Shown here: piece after piece, positions 62,335-64,000 of the stretch
How the letters are laid out: each line of letters starts with the position of its first letter
How positions within the stretch are numbered: position 1 is the stretch's first letter
Source of the DNA: Acidobacteriota bacterium
GTDB lineage: Bacteria > Acidobacteriota > Vicinamibacteria > Vicinamibacterales > JAKQTR01
Direction: 5' to 3'
Assembly: GCA_026393755.1 (NCBI GenBank)
Contig: JAPKZO010000040.1
Coordinates: 231,968 to 295,967, forward strand
Length of the DNA stretch: 64,000 nt
The notes under the pieces: model-generated
What the model was told of the DNA's origin: nothing
The model's input: the letters and a program-made list of their open reading frames with translations, nothing else
Database searches by the model: none
Program-made: the position numbers and the translations under genes

Positions 62335-64000
62335 CTACTTCGCCACGGCTTTCTCCGCTCCCTTCTTCTTGAACATCGGCAGCACGTCGCGTTTGCCTTT
62401 GTCGAGGAAGCTGACGCCCTTGTCCATCCACTCCGGCCGCGGCTTGCCCAGCAGGTAGTGGTCGAAGAACTCGTCCATGTGCACCGTGAAGTGCTTCATG
62501 TTGTCGCGGTTGGTCAGGCCGTGCGGTTCGCCGTTGTAGGTGAACATGTAGGCCTCCTTGCCCAGCCTCCGCATGGCGGTATTGAACTCAATCCCCTGGT
62601 ACCACGGCACCGCATCGTCGGCGTCGTTGTGGATCGTGAGGTACGGCGTCTTGATCTTCTTGACCCAGAAGATCGGCGAGTTCTCGATGTAGAGAAGCGG
62701 CGCATCCCACGGCGCGGCCCCGATGCGGCTCTGCGTCTTCTCGTACTGGAACTCGCGCACCATGCCCGTGCCCCACCGGATGCCGCCGTAGGCGCTGATC
62801 ATGTTCGACACGGACGCTCCGGCCTCGACCGCCGCAAACATGTCGGTCCGGGTGATCAGATGCGTGATCTGATAGCCGCCCCATGAGTGGCCCTCGATGC
62901 CGATGCGCTTCGGATCGATGTAGCCCATCGCCACGACGGTGTTCACCGCGGGAATGACGCACTTCTCCGCGCTCTCACCGGGGAAGCCAGTGTCGTAGAC
63001 GATGTCCGGCTGGAGAATCACGTAGCCGTTGCTGACATACCGCGCGACGTTGATGGTGTGGCGCACGCCTGGTGCCGCGTAGCTGTGCAGGTTCTGCGTC
63101 AGCCCCTCGTAGATGTAGACCATCAGCGGGTACTTCTTCGCCGGATCGAAGTTGTCCGGCTTGGTGAGGATCGCCCGCAGACGCTTGCCGTCCGCGTTGA
63201 TGTAATCGACGAGCTCCGATCGGCCCCAGACAAACTCCGACTGCTGCGGGTTGGCGTTCGAGATCTTCTTCATATCGCGGAAGTTGATGTCGCTGCTCGT
63301 CCACAGATCCGGGAACTCCTCGAAGCGCGAGAGCGTGAACACGATGGTCTCGCCCTTCGAGGCCTTGGCGAGGGCGCCAATCGCCTTGTCCAACATCGTG
63401 ATCTTCTCAGGCGCTGCAAAGAACAGAACCAGTGAGGCGGTCGGCTCGGCCTTGGTGATCCTGGAGGCCGCGCCGGAAGCCTTGACCGGCGTCCCGGCCT
63501 TCTCGGGCGGCGGCGGGTCGACCGGGGCCATGCGGTAGAAACCCATCGCCTTGGTTCGGTCATTGGTCGCTGAGAGCAGCATGGGTTTGGCCGCAGGCAC
63601 AACACGTTCCTCAGGATCGAGCGAGCGGTACCGGAAGACAAGATCCTGCTTGCGGCCCTCGCCGTTGGTGATCATCCGCGCGCCGCTCCCATCCGGCTTG
63701 ATCTCCCAGATGTCGAACTCGTCGTAGAGCAGCACCGACTGATCGTTGGCGGTCCAGCCTCCCACGCCGTACGGTCCCGGAAGATCAGGCGTCGTAGGGT
63801 CCTGCTGGAAGCGCACCTTCAGCTTCTCGGTGAGGTTGATTCGCGCGCCATCGGCAATCCGATACGTCCACCAGTGGCCGGCACGCTCGTCGAAGTAGAT
63901 GACATACTTGCCGCCGGGAGACATCGCGGTGCCGGATCCGCCCCAGTGCTCGAGCACCTGCTTGGGTGCGCCGGTCTTCAGGTCAACCAGATACACATCG
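62335..64000 (-). CDS. S9 family serine peptidase, 5' end outside window
   Basis: Open to the window edge. Propeller part, then catalytic GIEGHSWGGYQ..IHNDADDAVP..GEPHG. Stop at 62335, 17 nt before the mscL start. Confidence 0.9.
   Translation of the reverse strand, partial: DVYLVDLKTGAPKQVLEHWGGSGTAMSPGGKYVIYFDERAGHWWTYRIADGARINLTEKLKVRFQQDPTTPDLPGPYGVGGWTANDQSVLLYDEFDIWEIKPDGSGARMITNGEGRKQDLVFRYRSLDPEERVVPAAKPMLLSATNDRTKAMGFYRMAPVDPPPPEKAGTPVKASGAASRITKAEPTASLVLFFAAPEKITMLDKAIGALAKASKGETIVFTLSRFEEFPDLWTSSDINFRDMKKISNANPQQSEFVWGRSELVDYINADGKRLRAILTKPDNFDPAKKYPLMVYIYEGLTQNLHSYAAPGVRHTINVARYVSNGYVILQPDIVYDTGFPGESAEKCVIPAVNTVVAMGYIDPKRIGIEGHSWGGYQITHLITRTDMFAAVEAGASVSNMISAYGGIRWGTGMVREFQYEKTQSRIGAAPWDAPLLYIENSPIFWVKKIKTPYLTIHNDADDAVPWYQGIEFNTAMRRLGKEAYMFTYNGEPHGLTNRDNMKHFTVHMDEFFDHYLLGKPRPEWMDKGVSFLDKGKRDVLPMFKKKGAEKAVAK

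Overview
A visibly high-GC (not computed) chromosomal segment. I call about 46 protein-coding genes, 3 gene remnants and several short repeat or hairpin families. I found no rRNA, tRNA, CRISPR array, transposase or integrase. The gene content suggests an Acidobacteriota-like organism (inference only): Oar-like and CarboxypepD_reg TonB-dependent transporters, a PEP-CTERM protein, and many very large secreted peptidases.

Layout by coordinate:
- 1-5170: a tightly coupled DUF4178 / DUF350 / membrane SpeE-like / Tat-exported flavoprotein operon, cut by the window edge.
- 5188-8070: uvrA.
- 8200-11800: a xanthine-dehydrogenase-family L-S-M operon invaded by hairpin repeats.
- 11900-13499: PEGA protein and TonB.
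- 13853-15397: amino-acid permease.
- 15526-19771: mixed genes (IPT/propeller protein, HNH, nucleotidyltransferase, NlpC/P60, an HExxH protein).
- 19947-24806: mtgA, a class-V aminotransferase, a DapA-family lyase and two peptide-ABC permeases.
- 24909-26738: an orphan histidine kinase.
- 26915-64000: a peptidase-dense region with M16, tricorn-like S41, three S9, M3 Dcp and M14 enzymes. Interleaved with these are an envelope cluster (34500-46342: TBDT, unknown protein, PKD/toroid protein, PEP-CTERM protein, Oar-like TBDT), a gene-remnant scar (50346-51434), a VapBC pair, an ABC-2 exporter and mscL.

Best candidates for uncharacterised biology:
1. The polyamine-linked membrane operon at the left edge.
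2. The Oar-like / PEP-CTERM / PKD-toroid envelope cluster.
3. A conserved non-Shine-Dalgarno leader with heptanucleotide arrays upstream of two amino-acid-related transcription units.
4. GRGG-rich disordered insertions recurring in four secreted peptidases.

All functional calls come from motif recognition by eye. No searches were run.
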